NCBI GenBank assembly: GCA_044425805.1
Contig: JAWXVC010000011.1
Location: 7,768-71,767 of the forward strand
Direction of reading: 5' to 3'
Source: Lachnospiraceae bacterium
Lineage (GTDB): Bacteria; Bacillota; Clostridia; Lachnospirales; Lachnospiraceae
DNA length: 64,000 nucleotides
Position numbers and translations under genes: made by a program. Of this stretch, positions 35,947 through 45,542 are shown piece after piece; the stretch's first letter is position 1; every line of letters starts with the position of its first letter. The notes beneath the pieces were generated by a model, which saw only the letters and a list, made by a program, of their open reading frames with translations, made no database searches and was not told the origin of the DNA.

Positions 35947-37317
35947 ATGTTAGAAAAATTGTTCAAATTAAAAGAGAACAAAACAGACGTTAAGACAGAG
36001 GTTATGGCTGGTATTACGACATTTATGACAATGGCGTATATCTTAGCAGTAAACCCAAGTATCTTAGCAGCAACAGGAATGGATTCAGGAGCTGTATTTA
36101 CGGCAACAGTACTTGCTTCATTCATCGGTACAATATGTATGGCATTATTTGCAAATTACCCATTTGCACTTGCACCAGGTATGGGATTAAATGCATTTTT
36201 TGCTTATACAGTAGTACTCGGATATGGTTATCCTTGGCAAGCAGCTTTAGCAGCAGTATTTGTAGAAGGTTTGGTATTTATCGTATTATCTTTCTTCAAT
36301 GTGCGTGAAGCTATTTTCAACTCGATTCCTACAACACTTAAAAAAGCAGTTTCAGTAGGTATTGGTTTCTTCATTTTATTCATTGGTTTACAAAACTCGA
36401 AAATTGTTATAAATAACGACTCAACATTGTTAGGACTATTTTCATTAGATGCATATCCAGGTGGAGCTTCTACAGATGTGGGAATTACAGTTGCATTAGC
36501 TATTATTGGTACACTTATCACAGCTATTTTAGTTATGAAAAATGTAAAAGGTAATATTTTATTCGGTATTTTAATTACTTGGATTCTTGGTATTATTTGT
36601 GAAGTTACTGGGTTATATGTACCAAACTTCGAATTAGGCTTTTATAGCTTATTACCAGATTTCAGTGCAGGTATTGCTATTCCTAGTATTGCACCAGTAT
36701 TTGCAAAGCTTGACTTTACAGCAATTCCAGTATTAGAATTCATCGTTATCGTTTGTGCATTCTTATTCGTAGATATGTTCGATACATTAGGAACATTAAT
36801 CGGTGTTGCTACAAAAGCTGATATGTTAGATGAAAACGACAAATTACCAAATATCAAAGGTGCTTTAATGGCAGATGCTGTTGCAACAACTTTTGGTGCT
36901 GTACTTGGTACATCAACAACAACTACATATGTAGAGAGTGCTTCTGGTGTTACAGAGGGTGGTAGAACTGGTTTAACAGCAATGACTACAGCAATTTTAT
37001 TTGGTCTTGCATTATTCTTATCGCCAATCTTTTTAGCAATTCCATCATTTGCTACAGCTCCTGCTTTAATCATCGTAGGTTTCTACATGGTAAATGAAGT
37101 TGGTAGTATTGATTTCCATGACTTTGGTGATGGTATCCCAGCATTTATCTGTATCGCAGCTATGCCTTTCTTCTATAGTATTTCAGAAGGTATCGCAATG
37201 GGTGTTATCTCATACGTAGTATTAAATGTATGTACAGGACAAGCTAAGAAAAAGAAAATCAGTGTTGTTATGTATATTTTAGCAGTAATTTTCTTACTTA
37301 AATATTTTGTACTTTAA
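35947..37317 (+). CDS. NCS2/AzgA-family purine permease (guanine/hypoxanthine/adenine)
   Basis: 456 aa. LFKLKENKTDVKTEVMAGITTFMTMAYILAVNP is typical of PbuG/PbuO-like permeases. Confidence 0.85.
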   Translation: MLEKLFKLKENKTDVKTEVMAGITTFMTMAYILAVNPSILAATGMDSGAVFTATVLASFIGTICMALFANYPFALAPGMGLNAFFAYTVVLGYGYPWQAALAAVFVEGLVFIVLSFFNVREAIFNSIPTTLKKAVSVGIGFFILFIGLQNSKIVINNDSTLLGLFSLDAYPGGASTDVGITVALAIIGTLITAILVMKNVKGNILFGILITWILGIICEVTGLYVPNFELGFYSLLPDFSAGIAIPSIAPVFAKLDFTAIPVLEFIVIVCAFLFVDMFDTLGTLIGVATKADMLDENDKLPNIKGALMADAVATTFGAVLGTSTTTTYVESASGVTEGGRTGLTAMTTAILFGLALFLSPIFLAIPSFATAPALIIVGFYMVNEVGSIDFHDFGDGIPAFICIAAMPFFYSISEGIAMGVISYVVLNVCTGQAKKKKISVVMYILAVIFLLKYFVL

Positions 37318-37338
37318 TCACTAGATGATTATATAAAA

Positions 37339-37374
37339 ATGCTCCAACACAGGCGTTGTGTTGGAGCATTTTCT
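37339..37374 (+). terminator. Rho-independent terminator
   Basis: AATGCTCCAACAC - loop - GTGTTGGAGCATT followed by TTTC. Confidence 0.8.
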
Positions 37375-37479
37375 AGTTATAATATAGATAGCTATTATAA
37401 TTATTGGAATCGAATCCAAATAATATTTACATTTGCATAAAAATGGAGTACACTACAAATAATAAGAGTTGCAGCTTGT

Positions 37480-38712
37480 ATGGGGCCAGAAAGGATGGAT
37501 GTTTGGATGGAGCATATTTCGCGTAAAGAATATGAAGAATGGCTGATTCGTTGGAAAGACCAACAGATTATAAAAGTAGTATCGGGTGTTAGGCGTTGCG
37601 GGAAGTCCACACTGTTTTCTATGTTTAGAGAACTATTACGTTCAAAGGGAGTGCAGGAAGCGCAAATCATAGATATTAATTTTGAGGACTTAGAGTATGA
37701 GGAGCTGACAGATTATAAAAAATGCTATTTATATATAAAAGAGCGACTTGCTTCAGATAGGATGCATTATATTTTTTTAGATGAAGTGCAGCATCTAGAA
37801 CATTTTGAAAAAGTAGTTGATAGTCTTTTTATTAAGAAAAATTGCGATGTCTATATGACTGGATCTAATGCGTATTTTATGTCGGGTGAATTGGCAACCT
37901 TGTTGTCAGGACGATATGTAGAACTGAACATGCTCCCGCTATCCTTCAAGGAATTTTCTAGTAGTGAGCGTATGAAGGGGCAATCGAACAAGGACTTGTT
38001 TGGAGAATATCTTAGATTGAGTTCCTTTCCGTATTTGTTACAGCTTCCAGAAGATAGTCATTATACACAAGAATACCTTGAGAATGTATATAATACTGTA
38101 TTGTTAAAGGATGTGGTGGCGAGATTACGTATTAGTGATGTAAACAGCCTAGAGCGTGTTGCTAAGTTTATGTTTCATAATATAGGTAACAAGGTGACAA
38201 TTCAAAATATCTCCAATACCTTAAAGTCTGCAGGTAAGGGCGTAGATCATAAGACAGTTGATAAATATATACGAGGGTTAACAGACAGCCTCGTGCTCTA
38301 TGAAGCCAATCGTTATAATATCAAAGGAAAACAATTCCTAACAACGCAAAGTAAGTATTATGCAGTAGATGTAACACTACGAAATATGTTGGTTCGAGGG
38401 AAAGAGAGTGATATTGGACATATTTTAGAGAATATCGTATATTTGGAGTTATTACGGAGGGGATTTAAGGTTTATGTTGGTGAAATACAGGGTGGTGAAG
38501 TTGATTTTGTGGCAGTTAGCCCAGAAGAGACGATATATTATCAAGTTGCAGCAACTACCTTGGATGAACAGGTACTGAAACGGGAACTAGCATCTCTTGA
38601 AAAAATTCCTGATCACTACCCTAAATATTTGCTAACGCTTGATGAAATATTTGGAGCACAGGATTATAATGGAATCAAAAAACGTAACGTATTACAGTGG
38701 TTATTGGAATAA
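37480..38712 (+). CDS. AAA-family ATPase with C-terminal DUF4143-like domain
   Basis: Walker A GVRRCGKST and Walker B IFLDEVQ. Alternative starts at ATG 37495 and 37507. Confidence 0.7.
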   Translation: MGPERMDVWMEHISRKEYEEWLIRWKDQQIIKVVSGVRRCGKSTLFSMFRELLRSKGVQEAQIIDINFEDLEYEELTDYKKCYLYIKERLASDRMHYIFLDEVQHLEHFEKVVDSLFIKKNCDVYMTGSNAYFMSGELATLLSGRYVELNMLPLSFKEFSSSERMKGQSNKDLFGEYLRLSSFPYLLQLPEDSHYTQEYLENVYNTVLLKDVVARLRISDVNSLERVAKFMFHNIGNKVTIQNISNTLKSAGKGVDHKTVDKYIRGLTDSLVLYEANRYNIKGKQFLTTQSKYYAVDVTLRNMLVRGKESDIGHILENIVYLELLRRGFKVYVGEIQGGEVDFVAVSPEETIYYQVAATTLDEQVLKRELASLEKIPDHYPKYLLTLDEIFGAQDYNGIKKRNVLQWLLE

Positions 38713-38887
38713 GAAATTCTTTAATTGTTAAAAAAGTAAGTGTCAAACTATAGAGTTCTTTTAGGTTGTTTTGTATTTATATTGTATATCGTAGTAGATG
38801 ACTTGCGAAGAAAGTACCTATGTGCTATATTGTGCGAATGGGTATGAGAATTTAATATAAGATTTTTTGTGGCTATATTGCGTACAG

Positions 38888-39058
38888 TAATATAGATGGA
38901 CAAGGGAATCGGGTGTGAATCCCGAACGGTACCGCCGCTGTATGCGTTGAGGTTATGCTTTTTGGTGAAAACCAGTCATTGAGGAAACTTGAGAAGGCAA
39001 GTATAATCGTAGAATAGATGCTATTCTAGATACGTGAGTCAGAAGACCTACAAAGGAC
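38888..39058 (+). promoter_or_regulatory. Cobalamin (AdoCbl) riboswitch
   Basis: AAGGGAATCGGGTGTGAATCCCGAACGGTACCGCCGCTGTA core and B12-box-like GAGTCAGAAGACCTAC. Located upstream of cbiM. Confidence 0.85.
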
Positions 39059-39103
39059 TTAGAAGTCATAGCAAAGCTATGATTATAGAACACAGAAATA
39101 CGG

Positions 39104-39136
39104 ACTGTGGCAAGGTGACTTGCCACAGTTTTTTTG
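39104..39136 (+). terminator. Riboswitch expression-platform terminator
   Basis: ACTGTGGCAAG-GTGA-CTTGCCACAGT followed by TTTTTTT, 69 nt before the cbiM ATG. Confidence 0.8.
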
Positions 39137-39204
39137 TTGGATATGTGCTCTCTTTCCTTGCAAAAAATGAATACCCAAATAATTTCTTATAAGGAAGGGA
39201 ACCT

Positions 39205-39963
39205 ATGAAACAATTTTCAAAGAACCAAAAAACAATCTTAATGCTATCCATGGTGATTGCCTGTATGGGCACTATGGTAAAAGGTGTATCGGCAATGCAC
39301 ATTATGGAGGGATACTTGCCAGTAGGTCAATGTATCATTTGGGGGGCTATTAGCTTACCTTTTTTAGTACTCAGTTTTTTTGCGATTAAAAAGACTGTGA
39401 AGGAACAAAGAAAGGCACTTTTATTACTTGCAATGTCAGGCGCTTTTATTTTTGTGATTTCATCACTAAAGATTCCATCTGTAACCGGCAGTTGTTCTCA
39501 CATGACAGGGACAGGCTTGGCAGCAATTCTTTTTGGACCATTTCATTCGGGCATTTTAGGTTTAATCGTTTTAGTGTTTCAAGCTATTATGCTTGCACAT
39601 GGCGGACTTACAAGTCTTGGAGCAAATACGTTTAGTATGAGTATTGCAGGTCCTATTATCACATGGTTATTATACAAAGCAGGTTGTTCCCTTAAAGTGA
39701 ATCGTAAGGTGAACATTGTAGTTGCAGCGATGCTTGGTGATTTACTTACTTATTGTGTAACAAGTATGCAATTGGCAATTGCTTATCCAAGTGAAGTTGG
39801 CGGTGTTTTAGCTAGTTTAACAAAATTCTTAGGCGTGTTTGCACCTACTCAATTACCACTTGCATTTATTGAAGGTATCATAACATTACTTATTATTATG
39901 GGGCTAGAAACATATGCGAAACCTGAATTAAAAGCAATTGGATTTTTAAAAACTGAAAAGTAG
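39205..39963 (+). CDS. cbiM: Cobalt ECF transporter substrate-capture component CbiM
   Basis: MHIMEGYLP motif follows a 30-aa signal-like presequence. Multi-TM. Confidence 0.9.
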   Translation: MKQFSKNQKTILMLSMVIACMGTMVKGVSAMHIMEGYLPVGQCIIWGAISLPFLVLSFFAIKKTVKEQRKALLLLAMSGAFIFVISSLKIPSVTGSCSHMTGTGLAAILFGPFHSGILGLIVLVFQAIMLAHGGLTSLGANTFSMSIAGPIITWLLYKAGCSLKVNRKVNIVVAAMLGDLLTYCVTSMQLAIAYPSEVGGVLASLTKFLGVFAPTQLPLAFIEGIITLLIIMGLETYAKPELKAIGFLKTEK

Positions 39964-39978
39964 AAGGTGGAGAGAGAC

Positions 39979-40299
39979 ATGCAAAACAAATCAAACAAAG
40001 GCCTTGTGATAGGGTTAATTATATTAATTGTGCTTATAGTATTTATTCCGATGTTTGCACTAAAGGGTGCATCTTTTGGAGGGAGTGATGATCAAGGGAG
40101 CCAGATGGTAAGTGCTATCATTGGCGAAGAACATGAACCTTGGTTTACACCAGTATTAGAAACTGCAATTGATGGAGAAATTCCAGGAGAAATCGAAAGT
40201 TTATTATTCTGTATTCAAACAGGAATTGGTGTGGCAATTATATCTTATGGATTTGGATATTTTGTAGCACGTAAGAAATATTCTGCGGAAGAAATTTAA
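39979..40299 (+). CDS. cbiN: Cobalt transport protein CbiN
   Basis: About 106 aa with two TM helices. Lies after cbiM. ATG 39979 follows AAGGTGGAG. Confidence 0.85.
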   Translation: MQNKSNKGLVIGLIILIVLIVFIPMFALKGASFGGSDDQGSQMVSAIIGEEHEPWFTPVLETAIDGEIPGEIESLLFCIQTGIGVAIISYGFGYFVARKKYSAEEI

Positions 40300-40310
40300 G
40301 AAAAAGAAAT

Positions 40311-40341
40311 GCGTAGGGGGGGATACCTTCTACGCTTTTTC
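40311..40341 (+). terminator. Terminator-like hairpin inside the cbiMNQO cluster
   Basis: GCGTAGGGG...CCTTCTACGC followed by TTTTT, immediately before the cbiQ ORF. Confidence 0.45.
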
Positions 40342-40343
40342 TG

Positions 40344-41264
40344 ATGAAAGGGGTGATAAAATTGGCATGGATTACGGGGATATTAGCAGCGGTTGTAATG
40401 GTTTTATTGTTTTATGGGAAAATGAAGTTCATGTTTTTGCTTATCATTGCAATTGTAGTAGGTTGCCTTATGGGGCACTTTGGTGCACATGAAGATCAAG
40501 GTAATTTTTTGATTGATCAAATAGCACATAAGTCCAAATTAAATAAGTTAAATCCTACGATAAAGTTTTTATATGTTTTCGTGTTACTTGTTATTTGTAT
40601 TGCTTCGGATTATAAAGTGGGACTATTTTTGATGCTAGGTATGCTGTTTGTAACCGTGTGTGTCGGTGGTATTTCCTTGCATGAATATATAGAGCTACTT
40701 CTTGTTCCTATAAGTTTTGTATTATTTAGTAGCGTTGCTTTATTGTTCGAATATGCACAATCAATGGATGGAATTTGGGGGATTTCAGTCTTTGGTGGGT
40801 ATTTATATATTTCGGAATTTACGCAGGAGAGATGCTTGCTCGTAACGTGTAGGGCAATGGGGGCACTGAGTTGTTTATACTTTTTGAATTTATCGACGAC
40901 GATGTACGAAATGATACAGGTGTTTCGTAAATTGAAAGTTCCTAAGCTTATAATAGAATTGATGTATTTGATTTATAGATACGCCTTTGTATTAATTGAA
41001 ACTTATCAAAAGATGAGAGATTCTGCAAAAAGCAGAATGGGTTATAGTGGACTTAATTGTTCGGTTAGAACAACGGGGATTTTGTATAGTAATTTGCTAG
41101 GTAGTAGTTACAAAAAGGCGAATATGTGTTTTGATGCTCTTGAAAGCAGATGCTATGATGGAGATATTTTGTTCTTAGAGGACGAGAAAAAGATAGAATA
41201 TAAAAGTATAGTGATGTTATCAATTATAGTACTAGTAGCGTTGTTAGTATCTTTGATTGGGTAA
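40344..41264 (+). CDS. cbiQ: ECF transporter transmembrane component CbiQ
   Basis: T-component-like multi-TM protein between cbiN and cbiO. The start is uncertain: there is no RBS before ATG 40344, and TTG 40362 follows AAAGGGG. Confidence 0.75.
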   Translation: MKGVIKLAWITGILAAVVMVLLFYGKMKFMFLLIIAIVVGCLMGHFGAHEDQGNFLIDQIAHKSKLNKLNPTIKFLYVFVLLVICIASDYKVGLFLMLGMLFVTVCVGGISLHEYIELLLVPISFVLFSSVALLFEYAQSMDGIWGISVFGGYLYISEFTQERCLLVTCRAMGALSCLYFLNLSTTMYEMIQVFRKLKVPKLIIELMYLIYRYAFVLIETYQKMRDSAKSRMGYSGLNCSVRTTGILYSNLLGSSYKKANMCFDALESRCYDGDILFLEDEKKIEYKSIVMLSIIVLVALLVSLIG

Positions 41265-41274
41265 GGAGGAGCAC

Positions 41275-42081
41275 ATGGTACAAAGAGAGTTATTAAAGCT
41301 TGATAGTGTGAGTTATTCCTATGAGGAAGAACGTGTGGCAATAAAAGATGTATCTGTTGCTATTCATACGGGAGAAAGAATTGCAGTGTTAGGGAATAAT
41401 GGTGCTGGGAAAAGCACTTTTTTCCTTTGCTGTAATGGCGTTTTAAAACCAGACTATGGCACGCTATTTTTAAATGATGAAAAGGTTACAAAAGCTAGAA
41501 AAGATATTATGGAGCTTAGGCGAAGCGTAGGACTTGTGTTTCAAGAGGCAGATGTTCAAATACTTGCAGGAACTGTAAAAGCAGAAATAAGCTTTGGCCC
41601 AATGAATTTAAAGCTTCCAAAGGATGAAGTCTTGCAGCGAACAGAAGAGGCAATGGAAATATTAGATTTAATGGAATATGAAAATAGAGCGCCGCAGTAC
41701 TTATCAGGTGGCGAAAAAAAGAGGGTTACACTTGCAGATATCGTAGCGATGAGACCACAACTTATGTTGTTAGACGAGCCAGCTTCTAGCTTGGATCCCC
41801 AAAACCGTAAAATTTTGGAGAAACATTTAGAAACCTTACATGAAGATGGAATAGCACTTATGATTGCAACACATGATGTGGACTTTGCATGGAGATGGGC
41901 GGATCGCATTCTTGTTTTTTCGGAAGGTAAATTACAAAAGGATGCCACACCGATGGAAGTGTTTTCAGACGATGGTTTGTTAGAACGTTGTGGGTTAGAA
42001 CAACCATTGTTATATCAAGTGGCAAAAATAATAGGAATGGATTTTATACCAAAGACAGTGAAAGGTTTTACAAAAAAATAA
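41275..42081 (+). CDS. cbiO: ECF transporter ATPase CbiO
   Basis: Walker A GNNGAGKST, signature LSGGEKKR, Walker B LLLDEP. AAGGAGG lies upstream of ATG 41275. Confidence 0.9.
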   Translation: MVQRELLKLDSVSYSYEEERVAIKDVSVAIHTGERIAVLGNNGAGKSTFFLCCNGVLKPDYGTLFLNDEKVTKARKDIMELRRSVGLVFQEADVQILAGTVKAEISFGPMNLKLPKDEVLQRTEEAMEILDLMEYENRAPQYLSGGEKKRVTLADIVAMRPQLMLLDEPASSLDPQNRKILEKHLETLHEDGIALMIATHDVDFAWRWADRILVFSEGKLQKDATPMEVFSDDGLLERCGLEQPLLYQVAKIIGMDFIPKTVKGFTKK

Positions 42082-42153
42082 GCATAAATCCAAAATTTTT
42101 CTAGGAAGATGTGTTATAATAATTAAGATTTTGGTAGACAGAGGAGAATGTAA

Positions 42154-42906
42154 ATGCAGGGGATTTTAGTCGTAAGCTTCGGTACCTCTTTTGATGAGAC
42201 AAGAGAGAAGAATATCACAGCGATTGAGAAGATGATAGAAAGCAAAGGACACAAGGTATATAGAGCCTTTACTAGTAATATGATACGTAGAATATTAGCC
42301 AAAAGAGGCATTCTAATAGATGATACAAAAGAAGCACTTCTTCGCATGAAGCAAGATGGTTTTACACAAGTGAAAGTATTGCCTACGCACTTATTGTATG
42401 GTGAGGAATACGAGAAATTACAGGGCCTTGTAGCAGAAGTAATGGATGAATTTGAAAGCGTACAAATATGTAAGCCATTATTAGCGAATGAAGAGGATGG
42501 AAGAAGAGTGCTTCGTGCGATTTATACAGATACACAAAAGGATGCAGATACGGCACTTATTCTTATGGGACACGGCACAGAGCATTTTTATAATGCGATT
42601 TATCCAGCACTTAATTTCATTGCAACAGAAATTGGATATGATGATTTATACGTTTGTACAGTAGAAGGATATCCGACCTTTGAGGATGCAGTTGCGTGGA
42701 TTCAGCGTAAAGGATTCAAAAAAGCTGTTTTGGCACCACTTATGTTAGTAGCAGGTGACCATGCGGTAAATGATATGGCATCGGATGAAGAAGACAGTCT
42801 TCGAACCTTATTAGAGGGTATTTTTGTAAGTGTGAGCTCGAATATAAAAGGTTTAGCAGAATATCCTGATGTGAAAGAACTTTATTTGGAACATTTAGAA
42901 GCTTAG
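42154..42906 (+). CDS. cbiK: Sirohydrochlorin cobaltochelatase CbiK
   Basis: MQGILVVSFGTS...RAFTS...GEEYEKL is collinear with CbiK. Confidence 0.85.
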   Translation: MQGILVVSFGTSFDETREKNITAIEKMIESKGHKVYRAFTSNMIRRILAKRGILIDDTKEALLRMKQDGFTQVKVLPTHLLYGEEYEKLQGLVAEVMDEFESVQICKPLLANEEDGRRVLRAIYTDTQKDADTALILMGHGTEHFYNAIYPALNFIATEIGYDDLYVCTVEGYPTFEDAVAWIQRKGFKKAVLAPLMLVAGDHAVNDMASDEEDSLRTLLEGIFVSVSSNIKGLAEYPDVKELYLEHLEA

Positions 42907-42931
42907 TTTAGAGGTGGAGAGGAGCAAGGAG

Positions 42932-44050
42932 ATGGATTATTATGTAAGTTCAGGCGGTAAGCGTCTTCGATGCGGATATACCACTGGGAGCTGTGCTACA
43001 TTAGCGACAAAAGCAGCAGCTAGCATGTTATTATCAAAAGAATTGGTCGAACATGTTGAGATTATGACTCCAAAGGGATTGACAGTAGCTGTTGATTTGG
43101 TCGATGTTTTCATGAGTAAGGATTATGTCTCTTGCGCAGTAAAAAAGGATGCGGGAGATGATATAGATGCAACAAATGGAGCTTTGGTATATGCCAAGGT
43201 TTCATTGTGCGATAAGGGGATTTTTATTGACGGAGGCAAGGGCGTTGGTCGTGTTACAGTGAAGGGTTTAGACCAACCGTTAGGGAGTGCGGCCATTAAC
43301 AGTACACCGCGTGCTATGATTACAAGTGAATTACAAAAATTAGCAGAAATCACACACTACCCTGGTGGATTTTTAGTGGAGATTTCGGTACCCGAAGGGG
43401 AAGGCATTGCCAAGAAGACGTTTAATGAACATATTGGTATTGTAGGTGGTATTTCTATTTTAGGTACAACTGGAATTGTTGAGCCACAAAGCGTAAAGGC
43501 ACTCGTAGACTCAATAGAGGTAGAGTTCAAGATGTGGAAAGAAAATGGGGTGAAGGATATTATTATTTCACCAGGTAATTATTCGGACCAATTTTTAGCG
43601 ACGGAACCTATGCTAACGCAGGTGCAAAACATAAAATGCTCCAATTATATCGGAGAATGTTTGGATTTTGCCAACATTTATGGATATGAAACAGTTTTAG
43701 TTGTAGGTCATATCGGGAAAATGGTCAAGCTTGCGGCAGGCATTATGAATACACATTCAAGAGAAGCAGATGGTAGGATACATGTTTTTGCATCTTATGC
43801 AGCATTATGTGGTGCTAGTCAAGAAATAATAAAAGAAATCATGGCTAGTAAGACAACTGATGCTTGTATCGAGATACTAGAAGTTGTACAATTAAAGGAT
43901 ATGGTTATTACATGTATTATAGAGTCAGCACAAGAATATTTACAAAGAAGATACCATGGTACAATCGGTATTTTGATGTTTAGTAATGTATATGGATTGC
44001 TTGGTATGAGTAAGGAAGCAACTGCTATTATTGATAAATGGAGCAGATAG
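42932..44050 (+). CDS. cbiD: Cobalt-precorrin-5B C1-methyltransferase CbiD
   Basis: RCGYTTGSCA motif and matching size. Confidence 0.85.
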   Translation: MDYYVSSGGKRLRCGYTTGSCATLATKAAASMLLSKELVEHVEIMTPKGLTVAVDLVDVFMSKDYVSCAVKKDAGDDIDATNGALVYAKVSLCDKGIFIDGGKGVGRVTVKGLDQPLGSAAINSTPRAMITSELQKLAEITHYPGGFLVEISVPEGEGIAKKTFNEHIGIVGGISILGTTGIVEPQSVKALVDSIEVEFKMWKENGVKDIIISPGNYSDQFLATEPMLTQVQNIKCSNYIGECLDFANIYGYETVLVVGHIGKMVKLAAGIMNTHSREADGRIHVFASYAALCGASQEIIKEIMASKTTDACIEILEVVQLKDMVITCIIESAQEYLQRRYHGTIGILMFSNVYGLLGMSKEATAIIDKWSR

Positions 44051-44079
44051 AAATAGATAGAAGGGATTTAATAAAGAAC

Positions 44080-44760
44080 ATGAGCGGAATTTTATATGGA
44101 GTAGGTGTAGGCCCTGGAGATCCAGAGCTATTAACGATAAAGGCAGTGAAAACAATTGAGAAATGTGCTGTAGTTGCCATCCCAAAAACGAAAGAAAAGT
44201 CAACATTGGCATTTGATATAGCGAGTGGCGTATGCGATATGAGCGCAAAGGAAATCTTAGAATTGAATTTTTTGATGACTAGAGATAAAGAATTGTTACA
44301 TAAAAGTCATATGGACGTCGCAAATCAAATCAAAAACTGTCTAGACGCAGGGCAAGATGTTGCGATGCTAAACCTTGGAGATGTATCCGTTTACTCAACC
44401 TTTTCTTATATCATGGAGATGTTAGAGGAAGAAGGGTATTACGTTGAGATGATTCCTGGTATTACAAGTTTTTGTGCAGTTGCGGCTACACTTGGGACAA
44501 GTCTTACGACGATGCATAAGCCACTTCATATATTCCCAGCTGGTCAGCTAGAGGATATCTTGCCGTTGGAAGGTACAAAGGTTGTGATGAAATCGGGTAG
44601 TGCAATTGGAGCAGTGAAGGAGTATCTCAAACAAGAAGCAAGCAATCAGCAAATTATGGCAGTTTCTAATTGTGGTTTGCCTAATGAAGTTGTGTGTAAG
44701 ACAGTAGAAGATATTTCAGATGATTTAAGTTATTTTACAACGATAATTATTAAAGATTAA
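44080..44760 (+). CDS. cbiL: Cobalt-precorrin-2 C20-methyltransferase CbiL
   Basis: LYGVGVGPGDPELLT TP-methylase N-terminus. The ORF opens at 44038, so the start is uncertain. Confidence 0.8.
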   Translation: MSGILYGVGVGPGDPELLTIKAVKTIEKCAVVAIPKTKEKSTLAFDIASGVCDMSAKEILELNFLMTRDKELLHKSHMDVANQIKNCLDAGQDVAMLNLGDVSVYSTFSYIMEMLEEEGYYVEMIPGITSFCAVAATLGTSLTTMHKPLHIFPAGQLEDILPLEGTKVVMKSGSAIGAVKEYLKQEASNQQIMAVSNCGLPNEVVCKTVEDISDDLSYFTTIIIKD

Positions 44761-44783
44761 GATAGGAAGGCATGGTTGTCAGT

Positions 44784-45542
44784 ATGGTACATTTTGTAGG
44801 AGCAGGTAGTGGTGCGGTAGATTTGATCACAGTACGTGGAGCAAAATTATTAGAAACAGCAGATATTATTATCTATGCTGGAAGTTTGGTAAATAAAGAT
44901 ATTTTACAATATGCAGGTGCACAGTGTGCAATTTATGATAGTGCGAAAATGACATTAGAAGAAGTGCTAGAAGTAATCTTAGACAATAGAGATAAAGAAA
45001 TCGTTCGCCTACATACAGGGGATCCTTGTCTATATGGAGCGATTAGAGAACAGATGGATGAATTGATCGAAGAAAATATTGAATACGATTACATTCCAGG
45101 TGTTTCTAGTTTTTGTGGCGCAGCAAGTGCACTAAAAACAGAATATACACTTCCTGATGTAACGCAAACAGTTATTATCACGAGAATGGAAGGAAGAACA
45201 CCGGTACCAGAACGTGAGAAATTAAGATTACTTGCAAGTCATGGATCTACCATGGTGTTATTCTTGAGTACAGGACTTATTTCTTCTGTAGTAGAAGAGT
45301 TAATTGCAGGCGGGGTTTATACGATGGATACACCGGTAGCACTTGTATATAAAGCGACTTGGCCAGATGAAAAAGTATATTATTGCACGATTGGAACATT
45401 AGAACAAACTGCAAAGGAAAACAATGTTACAAAGACTGCACTTATAACAGTAGGCGATTTTTTGGAGGCTGATTATGCACGTTCAAAATTGTATGATCCA
45501 AGCTTTACCACAGAATTTAGAGAGGCAACTCGTGAAAATTAG
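44784..45542 (+). CDS. cbiF: Cobalt-precorrin-4 C11-methyltransferase CbiF
   Basis: VHFVGAGSGAVDLIT...HTGDPCLYGA. An alternative ATG lies at 44772. Confidence 0.85.
   Translation: MVHFVGAGSGAVDLITVRGAKLLETADIIIYAGSLVNKDILQYAGAQCAIYDSAKMTLEEVLEVILDNRDKEIVRLHTGDPCLYGAIREQMDELIEENIEYDYIPGVSSFCGAASALKTEYTLPDVTQTVIITRMEGRTPVPEREKLRLLASHGSTMVLFLSTGLISSVVEELIAGGVYTMDTPVALVYKATWPDEKVYYCTIGTLEQTAKENNVTKTALITVGDFLEADYARSKLYDPSFTTEFREATREN

Noticed and set aside
42082-42153. An internal promoter (TGTGTTATAAT, extended -10) between cbiO and cbiK.
   Set aside because: It is plausible from sequence, but there is no -35 element or other support. In such AT-rich DNA, matches like this arise by chance, so I did not list it as a feature.
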